Of a stretch of 64,000 nt of DNA, positions 12,988 through 24,671 are shown one piece after another (the stretch's first letter is position 1; each line of letters starts with the position of its first letter). The notes beneath the pieces are model-generated. The model saw only the letters and a program-made list of their open reading frames with translations. It did not search any database and was not told the origin of the DNA. The DNA comes from Octopus vulgaris (lineage: Eukaryota): positions 54,746,001-54,810,000 of the forward strand of contig OX597829.1 of assembly GCA_951406725.2 (NCBI GenBank), in the 5' to 3' direction. Both the position numbers and the translations under genes were made by a program.

Positions 12988-13429
12988 ACATTATTTACAT
13001 TTGACGGATATTTATCCTCATCTTGTTTGTTGTTATCACAACGTTTCGGCTGATATACCCTCCATCCTTCATAAGGTGTCTTGGGGAAATTTCGAACCTG
13101 GGTTCTCATTCCTAAAGTATTTTTGATGTTATTATTATTATTATATCTACAGGCATATGGTGTAGTATTTAAGAGTGTGGCCTACTAACCACAAAATTCC
13201 AAATCTGATTCCAGGCAGTGACCTAAATAATAACAACAACAATAATAGTAGCAGCATCAAAAAATACCTTAGGAATGTGAACCCAGGTTTGAAATTTCCC
13301 CAAGACACCTGATGAAGGCTGGAGGGTATATCAGCTGAAACATTGTGTTAACAACAAACAAGATGAGGACAAATATCCGTCAAATGTAAATAATGTACAA
13401 AATTCCTCATCTTTTAAATACAGAACTGT
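12988..13429 (+). mobile_element. tRNA-headed, hammerhead-tailed non-autonomous retroelement with an inverted 5' copy of its tail
   Basis: Perfect 15-bp TSD ATAATCAAACCAAAT at 12973-12987 and 13430-13444. Inverted arms of about 141 bp at 12988-13128 and 13255-13396. tRNA-like A/B-box segment at about 13152-13220. Confidence 0.8.
13304..13349 (+). ncRNA. Minimal (dimer-type) type I hammerhead motif, mutated in stem III
   Basis: Reads GACAC-CUGAUGA-A-GGCUG(gagggtatat)CAGCU-GAAAC-AUU-GUGUU. The inverted copy (13035-13080, minus) keeps GAAACGUU but has CUUAUGA. Confidence 0.65.
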
Positions 13430-14829
13430 ATAATCAAACCAAATGTTTATCATTTCGAGCCACTCACCCAATGAGTATTCCTGCCAAATTTGGTGAAAAT
13501 CCGTTTGACTGTTTTCCAGTAATTTTGCAAACACACAGACAAACAGACTAAGATGAGTGATTACAATATCCTGCCTTTGCTTCTGCACACAGAGTAATAA
13601 TGCATGCTTTGCAATTTACTCCATACTTTTGATACAAGGCAAAAATTCTCTTTTTCACTTCACCAAACTTACACATGCACACACACACACACATTGTGAA
13701 ATCACCTCCAGTCATTCCAAAGCAGCACACCAACCAGACCCTTGATAGTGTCCTTTTCACTATCCACTGTCAATATGTCCCACAGTCGAAGTTAGCATGT
13801 CTTCACCATCCCCCTTTCTCTCACTCCCTTTTCTTCCTCCCACTCTCTCTCTCTCCCTCTTTCTTTCTTTGCTTCTCCCCTCCAGGGATCCACTTCAATA
13901 TACAGTTTGTCCCATTCCCAAGTAGAGAAAATCCTTTGACCTTACCAACTACCAACTTATTACTTTCAATTCCAACATTTCAAAGATGAGGGTAACTTTT
14001 ATCAGCACCATGCTATCAGAGACCTGCTCTTCTATGTCACAAGTAGATCCTTGCTTTTGAGAAATCTAGTAAAAATATGCTCTTAAGCATGACATCAGCA
14101 AACAATTCAATTATATTGTGATACAATATTTCAACACCTAACAGGCGTTGTCTCAGTTCAAAGTGTGACTGATTTTTGAAAGACATTGATTCGTAATTTT
14201 TGACATTGATTCGTAATATCATGAGAAATATTGTTGTCAATATATATATAAAATGTAAAACTGTTCCCATACATTGAGAATGATACAGTCTATACTGAGG
14301 ATTAGATTTAGGTATACTTTGCAGAGGGTGTTGGTGTGGTATGTCTAGCATGTTTTAAACTAAACAGGTTTCCATATGATGACAACTTCAGAGAAACATT
14401 TGACAATATGCAACAGTGCTAGCTCCATAGGTGAGATAACCATTCATCAGGGAATTGTAAGTAGAAGCCATGTTTTCCATTGGACTTTGAGACAGTAAAT
14501 GGTGCAGAGACAACAGGCAGCAAACTCTGATGGAATTTCAACCCAGAATGAAGGGAAATATTTCAAAATAGTCTAAGTTATCCCACTGACTTAGACTATC
14601 ATCAGCATCATCCTTTAATGTCTGTTGTCCATGCTGGCATGGGTTGGACGGTTTGACCAGGGCTGGCAAGCAGGAAGGCTGCACCAGACTTCAATCTGTT
14701 TTGGCATGGTTTCTACAGCTGGATACTGTTCCTAAAGCCAACCACTCCGAGGGTGTAATGAGTGCCTTTATGTGCCACTAGCATGGGTGCCATTTGTGTG
14801 ACACCAGTATTTTCTACTTTGCTTGATGG

Positions 14830-15200
14830 AGGAGAAGAGTCTGCCAAATGTTGACCCAATTGAGGGACCAGCTATTTGAACTGAGTGTACTTTGGTAGAT
14901 AAAGCAATAAAGCAATTAAGGATATGAAGACAGGGAAAGCTCTTGGCCCATCAGGAATCACTGCTGAGATGCTTAAAATATTTGGTGGAGTGGGTTTTGG
15001 TCTTGTCATCCATATTGTAAATCAGGTGGTTCACAAAGGAGTCATACTCAATGAGTGCAATGTCAGTGTGCATGTATGACAGAGAGTAAGCATCTTAAGA
15101 AAAAACTTGGGCATTAGAGGCATCAGATGTGGTGTGCAAGAGAGACAATTGCACTGGTATGGTCATGTGAGGCAAATGGATGAAGGAAAATAACCTGGAA
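14830..15200 (+). mobile_element. RTE-clade LINE fragments
   Basis: MKTGKALGPSGITAEMLK (pre-RT K.PG.D-like motif) and ERQLHWYGHVRQMDE (RTE C-terminal RL.W.GHV.R). Confidence 0.7.
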
Positions 15201-15253
15201 ATTGTGATACACAGATATTTTGAGCTGAGTGAGGGTGCTAGATTCCCTTGTTC

Positions 15254-15412
15254 GGAGTGGCTATGTGGTAAGTAGCTTGCTAACCAACCACATGGTTCCG
15301 GGTTCAGTCCCACTGCGTGGCATCTTGGGCAAGTGTCTTCTGCTATAGCCCCGGGCCGACCAATGCCTTGTGAGTGGATTTGGTAGACGGAAACTGAAAG
15401 AAGCCTGTCGTA

Positions 15413-15473
<61 letters not shown>

Positions 15474-15681
15474 GTGTGTGTGTTTGCCTCCCCTAGCATT
15501 GCTTGACAACCGATACTGGTGTGTTTACGTCCCCGTCACTTAGCAGTTCGGCAAAAGAGACCGATAGAATAAGTACTGGGCTTACAAAGAATAAGTCCCG
15601 GGGTCGATTTGCTCGACTAAAGGTGGTGCTCCAGCATGGCCGCAGTCAAATGACTGAAACAAGTAAAAGAGTAAAAGAGTA
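15254..15681 (+). mobile_element. tRNA-derived SINE family A (internal (TA)n(TG)n), full-length copy
   Basis: A box tggctatgtggt, B box ggttcagtccc, CORE-like cttgggcaagtgtcttc, tail (gtaaaaga)n. Other copies at about 28180-28320+, 35918-36215-, 37223-37597+, 39470-39838-, 50893-51060+, 52110-52482-, 61164-61489+. Confidence 0.85.
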
Positions 15682-17214
15682 TAGATCGTGTCGTACAGCC
15701 AGCTGGAGACAATATCCCCTGGGGCTAAATTACAGCAACCAGGACTGCCACATTATGTTGGCAAACAATCTTTACTACAAGGTGCTGTTGCTGAATATCA
15801 CACGTTGTGAGATTTAAAAATAATAATTTTCTTCCTTAACTTTACAAATAAATGCATGAAATTTTTATACAATTTAAAGGACATAATAGAAATTAATTAT
15901 TTAATCTTTTTCCCCTCTCTTTTCAGAATTTCAGATTTTTCAGATTTTCAGATATTAAAAACTGAAACCCATCATTGACTTTTGGGACAGTCTGTATTTG
16001 CAAAACTGATGATTACGTAAAATAGTTGTTTCGAATTTTGAAACAAGGCCAGTAAGGATGGAAAACAAAGTCAACCCCAGAAGAATTTGGATCCAGAACT
16101 TAACGGTGGATGAAATGTTGCTAAGCCCTTTGCCTTATCTGCTAACCCACTGCCCTTGATTATGTAACATATTACTTTTGATATGCATTTCTTGCCAGCT
16201 TTTATATACAAGGGCGGGGAGTGGGATTGGAGGGAGAGACAAAGGTTCGTTTGTCATATTCATATTCTTAATCTATGGTTAATCCTAGATTAGTTGGCAC
16301 ATATTTATAATACAGAGATATTAGCACTGGAAAGGTCAACTGTTCTGCTTAAATATGAAGTAAAATCTTTTCAGTTCTATTTTGTGTTTTCCCATCTCAC
16401 TGGTGGTGTTGGAGGAGGGAGGGGAGAGGGGGGAGAGATAGCTGTTGTGCTTTTATGTTTTCAAATAACTATTATTTTCTTAATGCAACAACTACAACAA
16501 ACAACATCTTTCAATCAGACAAAGACTTCCATGTTTTATATAACAACCAAAATTTATAACTAAGAGAGAGAGAGACAAAGAGAGACAGAGACAGACAGAC
16601 AGAGAGAGACAGACAGACAGACAGAGTAAATGTCTGGTTGTTCCTGAGACTACTATGTATGGATGTAGCTTTATATACCGTTAGGGAGTTATAAACAAAT
16701 CATAGAAAATAAAACAAATGACATTCTTTATTTAAAGTCACTACAATTGCTTTGGCACATTTTTTTCACCTTTAGTACATTGGTGAGATGTTCTGCAATT
16801 ATCATCTTACATCCAAGGTGTAAAATAGTCCTCCTCCTCCTCAGGTGATTGTTTAAATAAGTTCTTTGCAAGATCCTTTTACCATAAATAATGTTGTTCA
16901 TTCCAATTTCTGTTGTTAATCTATTTATATAAACCATAGGGATACTATAGAATTTCTGATGTATATCTAGTAGCACGAGCATTTCTACTATATGATGACA
17001 TCAGGTGGCCAATAACTGGGGATGAGCTTTGTATAGCATACTAAAATGTTTTTAGCAGAGTTTTACTTAACTATAACATTATACAGATATCAACCAATGA
17101 CATGAGCCTGATACATGTTCTTTCATTGTACACACACATACACAGACATAACACACACACATCAGTTCATCTACAGAAAGAAAAAGAACAACAAAAGAAA
17201 GAAAAATTAAAAAA

Positions 17215-17535
17215 GATATAATAATAATAATGATAGTGAAATTATTGTGTATATTGCTCAGGTGCACTGCACCTCATCAAAGGTGTATGTACAGAACATA
17301 GAATTATGCACAAAGGTCAGGAAAGTGAACAGTGTATGAGTCATGATAGACATGTGTGCATGCATATGGAGGGGAGATATCAGGTGTAGTGTTGGTGAAT
17401 TTCAGGAAGTTTTAAAGGATGCAATGTCTTGGCAACTAACAACTGATGCAGGTAGTTTGTTCCATGCATCAGCAACTCTGAGTGTGAACAAATGTTTCTG
17501 AAAGTCATGGGAGCTGTGCTGTTATCTGACTTTCA
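17215..17535 (-). mobile_element. CR1-like LINE 3' end, same family as 6860-7535, opposite strand
   Basis: Reverse complement of about 7250-7535 (e.g. gtcatgggagctgtgctgttatctgacttt). Confidence 0.65.
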
Positions 17536-17539
17536 AATG

Positions 17540-17960
17540 TCTTTCCTGGAGACCAGCAAGAAAAAACTTTGAAAGTTCTTCAAATTTTTCATATTACTTC
17601 TTGAATAGAAGTGGCTTCCTTCTTGCTGCTCTGCCATAATAGGAAAGTTTGTGGAGATACTTGACAGCTGTTCTGGGACTGACTGACATCAACTTGTTCT
17701 GCAATATCAGAGGTCTTGCAACAAGGAATATCCCCCACACTCCTCTTAATGAAGCAAAGGATCCTGTCAGAGGGCTCTGGTTGATTTGTGTGAGGTGATG
17801 TGGACTCTTTCCCCTCTCTGGTGAATTGCACAATCATTCTATTAACTGTAGAAAGCAGAATCCCAAGGTTTTCCGTGACTTTACACAGACTAAGACCACC
17901 TTCAGATTGACCCACAATACGGTCTCTTTGAAATACAGACAATTCCAAGGTTTATTTTGT
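17540..17960 (-). mobile_element. Tc1-family transposase N-terminal fragment
   Basis: [17 protein letters not shown]...LGI..STV.R (paired-like HTH), frameshifted into [26 protein letters not shown]. Confidence 0.82.
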
Positions 17961-18104
17961 ATGTGGAATAATTAAACAGGCACATATAGAAAATGTCAAT
18001 TGATAAAAGATATATACCTTTTCAAGTTAAAATAAACATAAAACAATGTTTTATTAGTTGTCTATTTACTTCTGTCATGTGTGTGTGTGTATTATATATA
18101 TATA

Positions 18105-18530
18105 TAATATAGGGTGAAATTAATTAATTTGGAATAATCATTAATTACACCAAGTAGATTTCGGCATGTAAAAGCCTCATTCGAGGAAAGTTTAAGTAAT
18201 ACTAAGTAATTAAGGGTTTAGCAACGATTTGCCTCACCACACACCGAATTTAGAAATAGCAGTCAAAGAGTTATAGCTATTCTTTCTACTAAAAGGGAGA
18301 TCTCAGTAAAACCACAGCACTTGAATGGCGAACACAGACAGGCAAGAGAGAAAGGAATGACGGCAATCTATCATACAATTTTAAGTCACCTACGGACGTA
18401 CGTTTCGAAATTAAGTTTTAGGAAAGCATAAGAATTAGATAATTATGTCTTACCCAACTTCTTTTCTCATCAGCGTAGGACACTACAATTATGAATAATT
18501 GTATATTAAATTTCGAGGTACTAGAAGGCA
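18105..18530 (-). mobile_element. Hammerhead-bearing repeat (Penelope pseudo-LTR / retrozyme-like)
   Basis: A CpG-retaining island of about 420 bp that runs into (TA)n and carries one intact and one degenerate hammerhead motif. Boundaries are approximate. Confidence 0.55.
18389..18479 (-). ncRNA. Type I hammerhead ribozyme with intact catalytic core
   Basis: The minus strand reads CCUACG-CUGAUGA-[G...60-nt stem II...C]-GAAAC-GUAC-GUC-CGUAGG. It has a perfect 6-bp stem I, all core nucleotides, a GUC cleavage triplet and a palindromic minimal stem III. Confidence 0.85.
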
Positions 18531-19205
18531 TCATCTCAACTCAGTAGCAACTTTTTACACTGCACCCCCTGTTTCTGGGCCCTTGCCCCCAAAAGGATGA
18601 AAGGCAAAGTTGAAATTAGTGTTATTTGAACTCCGAATGTGAAGCTGGATGAAATGGCACTTAGTATTTTGCTTGGCATGACAACTATTCTACCAGCTCT
18701 CCAACCTGTTACTTAAATAAATAATAAAATAGACAAAATAATTTACTCATTCAAACATACACACGCAACTAACAATATAATCAAAGATGAAATAAATATT
18801 GGTTTCAAATTTTGGTACAAGGCCAGCAGTTTTGAGGGAGGGGGCAAGTTGATTACATTGACCCCAGTATTCAACTGGTACTTAGTTTATCGACCCCAAA
18901 AGGATGAAAGACAAAGTTGGTTTCAGCAGGATTTGGATTCAACCGAAATGCTGCTATGCATCTTGCCTGTTGTGCTAACGATTTTGGCAGCTTGCCACCC
19001 TTACAGTGGAACCAAATATGAAACTGAATAGGAAGAAGCAAGAATATAGTCAAAGATAACCAGCCAAGAATATAGCCAAATCATGAAAACCGTAGAATAT
19101 AACTGAATACAAAGAAACAAGGATAAACCCACCCAGAAATGAAAAACTAAGAATAAACTATACAAGAATACACACTAAACAATGATATATATATACATAC
19201 ATACA

Positions 19206-19268
<63 letters not shown>

Positions 19269-20639
19269 TCCAGTCTATTGCGCTGCCAAAATGCTCTCTT
19301 TGAGATAGCATGTTAGCAGTATTTTGAGCATGTGTGTGTGTACAGCAGACTTCTACATAATTTCTGCTGATGAAATTCCACTCACAAGATTTTTGTCCAC
19401 TGTAAGTTAAAGCAAAAGATATTTGTCCAAGAATCCACACAGTGGGACCGAACTGAAGAACCATGTGATTATGTGTTTTGGTTTTATATCATTTCACTGT
19501 AAATCATTGAAGTTACCTTTTCTTAAGAACCATTTGTAAAACAAGAGAGATGATGTGTTGAAAGAAATAATTCGTTCAAGATTAGGCACCTTTCAGTTTT
19601 GAGAGCTTCTTATCTTGATATTCTGTGATCAAGGCAGCGGGCTGCCAGAAACGTCTGCATGCCAGGAAAAATGCTTAGCGGTAGTTTCATCAAAAGGTTA
19701 CAATGGGTTCTGTAAGAAAGAGCGAGATAAGTTAATGCTAATTTCCTGATTGTAATATTACTATGCACGCACAACATTTTATTGGTAATCTTGTAATATT
19801 GTAATATAGACAAGGCGGCAAACTGGCAAAATTGCTAGCACGCCGGACGAAATGCTTAGTAGGTGTTAAATGACAATGATGATGATGATATTTCATCTGT
19901 CTTTACATACTGAGTTCAAATTCCACCAAGGTCGACTTTGCCTTTCATCTTTTTGGGGGTCAATAAATTAAGTACCAGTTGTGTACTGGGATTTATCTAA
20001 TTGACTGGCCCCCTCCTCCAAAATTTCAGACATTGTGCCTAGAGTAGAAACAAATATTCTATGATCAAATTCTCGTCAATTTTGGTTATTTAAAGAGAGA
20101 CTCAAAGTAACGAAAATGGCAAAAGTTTCTGATTTTTTTTATTCCCAGTTGGGATTTGAAATTGAGGGAAATTGGTTAGCAATGTGAAAAAGTTGCCTTT
20201 CTTGGGAATAGGATACTCTCACTCATTTGGCACTCCACCATTTATGATGAGGAGGGTTCCAGTTGATCTGATCAATCAATGGAACAGCCAGCTTGTGAAA
20301 TTAACATGCAAGTGGCTGAGCACTCCACAGACAGGTGTACCCTTAATGTAGTTCTTAGGGAGATTCAGCATGAAACAGAATGTGACAAGGCTGGCCCTTT
20401 TCTGAAATACAGGTACAACCCATTTTTTCAAGCTGAGTAAACTGGAGCAATGTGAAATAAAGTGTCCTGTTCAAGGACACAACACACCACCAGGAACTGA
20501 ACTCACAACCTTATGATTGTGAGCCAAACACTTTCACCACTAAGCCATGTGCCTTCACTCTCACCTATTTACAGTGATTGAGATGTATCCCTAGTGAGAT
20601 AGTTCTGGAGTGTATTGTTTAAATGCAAGGAAGGGTAAG

Positions 20640-21430
20640 ACAGATCAGATATAGGGATATAGATGTAATATCGCATACTAGAAAAACCCAGCTGTTCAAC
20701 AAAGGCTTGGCTTGGATCAAGCAAACTGACCCAATCGGCTCATTTGGCATGCGGATACCTGCAACCTCATAGGATTATATATACTGGACATAATAACAAA
20801 GAGGTTTTCATCAGTCCTTTTTGGTGTATACAGAAGATGATGCTTTAGCTATCTCTAAGGGCACAAACAGAGACACCCTAGATGGGCTTTGGAAGGAACT
20901 TATTCCCATTGCTTACTCCCTTGGTCTTAAGGTTACAATTGAGATCAATTTTACCACTTGATTTGTGTATCTGTTTATACAGGCCTCACTGCAAAAGAGA
21001 TGAAAGGCTGTCATACTTTAACACAACCTCCTGCTACCCAACTAATGTGTTTAAGAACCCTGCAAAAGGTATCGGTAAGAGGACTTCAAACCTATCCTTA
21101 AATAGAGATTTTTGATGCAGCAGCCCCTCCCCTATTACAATGAGGCTCTGGTGTCCAGTGGGTTTAAAGACCACATCTCCGTTATACCGGGAGCTAATTC
21201 CCACAAAAGAAAGCATCATTGTAAGGTCATTTGGTTTTCCCCACCTTTTTCACTCAACATCAAGATCTGCATGGAAAGGATCTTCCTTAGATTAGTGGAC
21301 AAGCATTTCACACAATCCCATAGGTATGGACAATGATTTAATAGACACGATTTAAGGGTTTCATTCAGCTATAACATGCAATTAAATGCCAAAATCTATA
21401 TAATGGCTAAACTTCTTAATCTGGAAAGAC
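20640..21430 (+). mobile_element. Penelope-like element coding remnant
   Basis: KVIWFSPPFSLNIK...RIFLRLVDKHF...H.Y...FNR matches the linker between RT and GIY-YIG in invertebrate Penelope-like elements. A DD-like RT remnant lies near 20830. Confidence 0.7.
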
Positions 21431-22183
21431 CATGGTCATAATAGTTAATTCAGTCTCCTTAAGCTTAGCATTCCTCCCTTGGACTGACTTTCTCCCCATA
21501 AAGCTAAAAGTTTTCGAAATACATCTGGAAAGGTCCTGCTGCCCAACATACAAATTTCCTGGACAACATCCAAAAAGAATGCCATCTGTTTGATTGGCAA
21601 AGAATCTTTCACCAACACATTTAAGTGTTGTCTTCTCACTCTTCTTTTTCTGTCAATCCTACAATGTCCCCTGCTCTTCTAAGCTCAGATTGCATGCTCA
21701 CTGCATCCAAACTAACCCCACCACTGCACATACATTCATCAGTGAGCCCAGTTCTTTCTTCTCCTAGCTTCAAACCTCTGGAATTCCTTACCTGCCTTCA
21801 TGCATGTGCGTGTTTGTCTTCTTTCTCCATAAATGTTCAAACCAAATACCAACCCTCGAGGGCCTATGAAGGTCACAGGCAGTCCCTTCTTCTTCGCTAA
21901 GACAGCAAATTAAACGATTAGTGAACACGTGGATTTAAGTATCGAATTTAGGGAAAGATAATCTTATCAGACAGAAACGCATTTTGAATTTGAAGTCTTA
22001 ATCTGGCAATGATTAGACATCGGACAATACTTAACGAAATTTGAGAGTAATGATAATCGGATCTTGAGGATAAACGGCATCATATTGGTAATATGCATGT
22101 ATGCATGTGTATATCTGTGTGTGTGTGTATGTATATATGTATGCATGCACGTATGTATTGTATGAATGTGTTGTATGTATGCA

Positions 22184-22219
<36 letters not shown>

Positions 22220-22263
22220 ATGAACATATGTATGGATGATAACACGTATGTATGCATTCACAA

Positions 22264-22295
<32 letters not shown>

Positions 22296-23202
22296 GCATC
22301 TGTGTGTATGTATGCATGAATGTGTGTAAATGGAAGTGCACGTGCGCGCACGTAGTAATTTATAAACAAGCTGGAGTTCTTCAGATTCAAATATATGTTG
22401 ATTTTAAACTAGGAAATAGGAAAAATAAAACCACGGACATGCACTTCCAAACGAGTCACATGAATTAACCATAAGTCACAAATAAAAATGTTTAAAACTT
22501 GTAAAATGTAAAACAAGACAAATTCGAATATAATAACCTGATGAAATTTTTTGATAGAAATATATCGCAATTAATGAATGACCCTATTATTTCAACGAGC
22601 TAAATTGATGTAAGGCTAATTGTCGAATGTGGCTGATATAAATAAACATGAGAATGCGACTAATTAATGAAAATTATTTATTTATTTATTTGATCAAACA
22701 AATCCGTTGTAAGGTAAAATAAGAGATGATGAGATCAATACAAAGGAAGAGAGAGAAAAATAGAAAGGAAGATTGAGATCAATAGAAAAATTGAGCAAAG
22801 AGTGTGTGTGAGATGAGGTGTGGAGGGAATGACAGGTAAAAATAATAACTTATATCACAAGCAAGGTAAAAAAAAAAAGACATATTTGCAAAAAAGAAAG
22901 TGTAAAAGAGACTAATAGAAGAATAAAGTGTATGAATTTGTAGATGAAAGGAAGGAAGAAATGAGAGAGATAGAGGAGAGAGAAAGAAGAGGGAGAGTGC
23001 TGGAGAGGGATGAGAATAGTAAAAGAGAGAATGAGAGAGAAAAGAAAAAGGAAAGTGATCAGAGAGGAAGAGAGAGAACAGTGAAAGAAAGAAAAATAGA
23101 GAGAGAACTGGGGGGGGTGAGGGAATAGTGAAAGAAAGAGAGAGGAGAAAATTAGTGATAGAGAAATATAGAGAGTGACTGAGAGAAAAAGTGAGTGAGA
23201 GA

Positions 23203-23385
23203 GAGAGACAGAGAGATAGTGTGTGTTAGGAAAGAGAGAAAGACAGAGAGATAGTGTGTGTTAGGAAAGAGAGAAAGACAGAGAGATAGTGTGTGTTAGG
23301 AAAGAGAGAGAGTTAGAGAGATAGTGTGTGTTAGGAAAGAGAGAGAGACAGAGAGATAGTGTGTGTTAGGAAAGAGAGAGAGAGT
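23203..23385. repeat. 35-bp minisatellite, about 5 copies
   Basis: Unit gacagagagatagtgtgtgttaggaaagagagaaa; agtgtgtgttagg recurs at 35-bp spacing from 23218. Confidence 0.92.
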
Positions 23386-23764
23386 GTGACAGGAACTGGT
23401 GTGTTTTAAACAGGAAGAGGCAAAACCTCGTCTGTAGTTCCTCGACTGCTGCTACCAAACTGTAATAATATTCATAAGAAGATAAAGACAACAGTTGGAA
23501 GACATAAAGACTCCTCCTCCTCCTGCTCCTCTGCTGCTGCTGCTGCTGCCACCACCATCATCATCATCATCATCATCAGCAACAACAGCATTGAGTAAGA
23601 AGGAAATTAAAAAAAAAACGGTGCAGAACAGAGAGAGAGAGAGAGAGAGAGAGAGAAGAAGAAACAAACAAACACCAGCGGGAACTAATAACAATTATTA
23701 TTATATATATATCAGAGGCAGAGCAAGCAAGCAAGAAGGAATTGAAATACATTTAAACCCCGAC

Positions 23765-23816
23765 ATGTCAAGTGAAAGTGTCGAGACCATCTTCCTGTTC
23801 GTACCGAACCTCATAG
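23765..23816 (+). CDS. CDIPT: CDP-diacylglycerol--inositol 3-phosphatidyltransferase (phosphatidylinositol synthase), coding exon 1 of 6
   Basis: Reads MSSESVETIFLFVPNLI, then an AG|GTGAGT donor (phase 1). IFLFVPNLI is the conserved PIS N-terminus. Confidence 0.93.
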
Positions 23817-24141
23817 GTGAGTTTGGAGACATGTGAATGAAGAAGCATGTTGCAGTTTTGTTGTTTTGTCTTTCCAGTCTTTCATTGAATGGTAAACAAA
23901 CCATATTGGAGGTGGAGGTGTTTGTTTGTTTGTTGCCCTCCCCACAATACACACACACACATTTAAATGTTTTGTTTATGTTATTTTGTTGTCCAATTTG
24001 AGTTGGACGAAGGTCGAATTAATTCAATTACATCGTTCGGATATAATTGATATTTATCCCTAATGACATTTTAATTCCTTTAGATTCCATCACAGGATTT
24101 TAAAGAGAGAGAGAGAGAGAGAGAGAATATAAGGAAGTGTA

Positions 24142-24143
<2 letters not shown>

Positions 24144-24226
<83 letters not shown>

Positions 24227-24447
24227 ATATGTATATATATATATATGTGTATATATATATGTGTGTGTGTGTATATGTATATATATATATGTGTGTGTGT
24301 GTATATATATGTGTATATATATATATGTGTGTGTGTATATATATATGTATATATATATATGTGTATATATATGTATATATATATATGTGTATATATATAT
24401 ATATGTGTATATATATATGTGTATATATATATATATGTGTATATATA

Positions 24448-24526
<79 letters not shown>

Positions 24527-24566
24527 ATATATGTGTATATATATGTATGTGTGTGTATATTTATGT
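24144..24566. repeat. Compound (TA)n/(TG)n microsatellite
   Basis: Directly visible; source of the spurious YI/CV ORFs. Confidence 0.98.
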
Positions 24567-24635
24567 ATAAACGCATTTATACAGTATTGTTTTAGTCTGT
24601 TGGCACACACATACACGCACAATGTTTTGATCTGT

Positions 24636-24671
<36 letters not shown>

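Noticed and set aside
15254-15325. tRNA-like sequences with A and B boxes
   Set aside because: These are SINE heads that continue into repeat bodies. I could not fold a complete cloverleaf, so no tRNA gene is called in the window.
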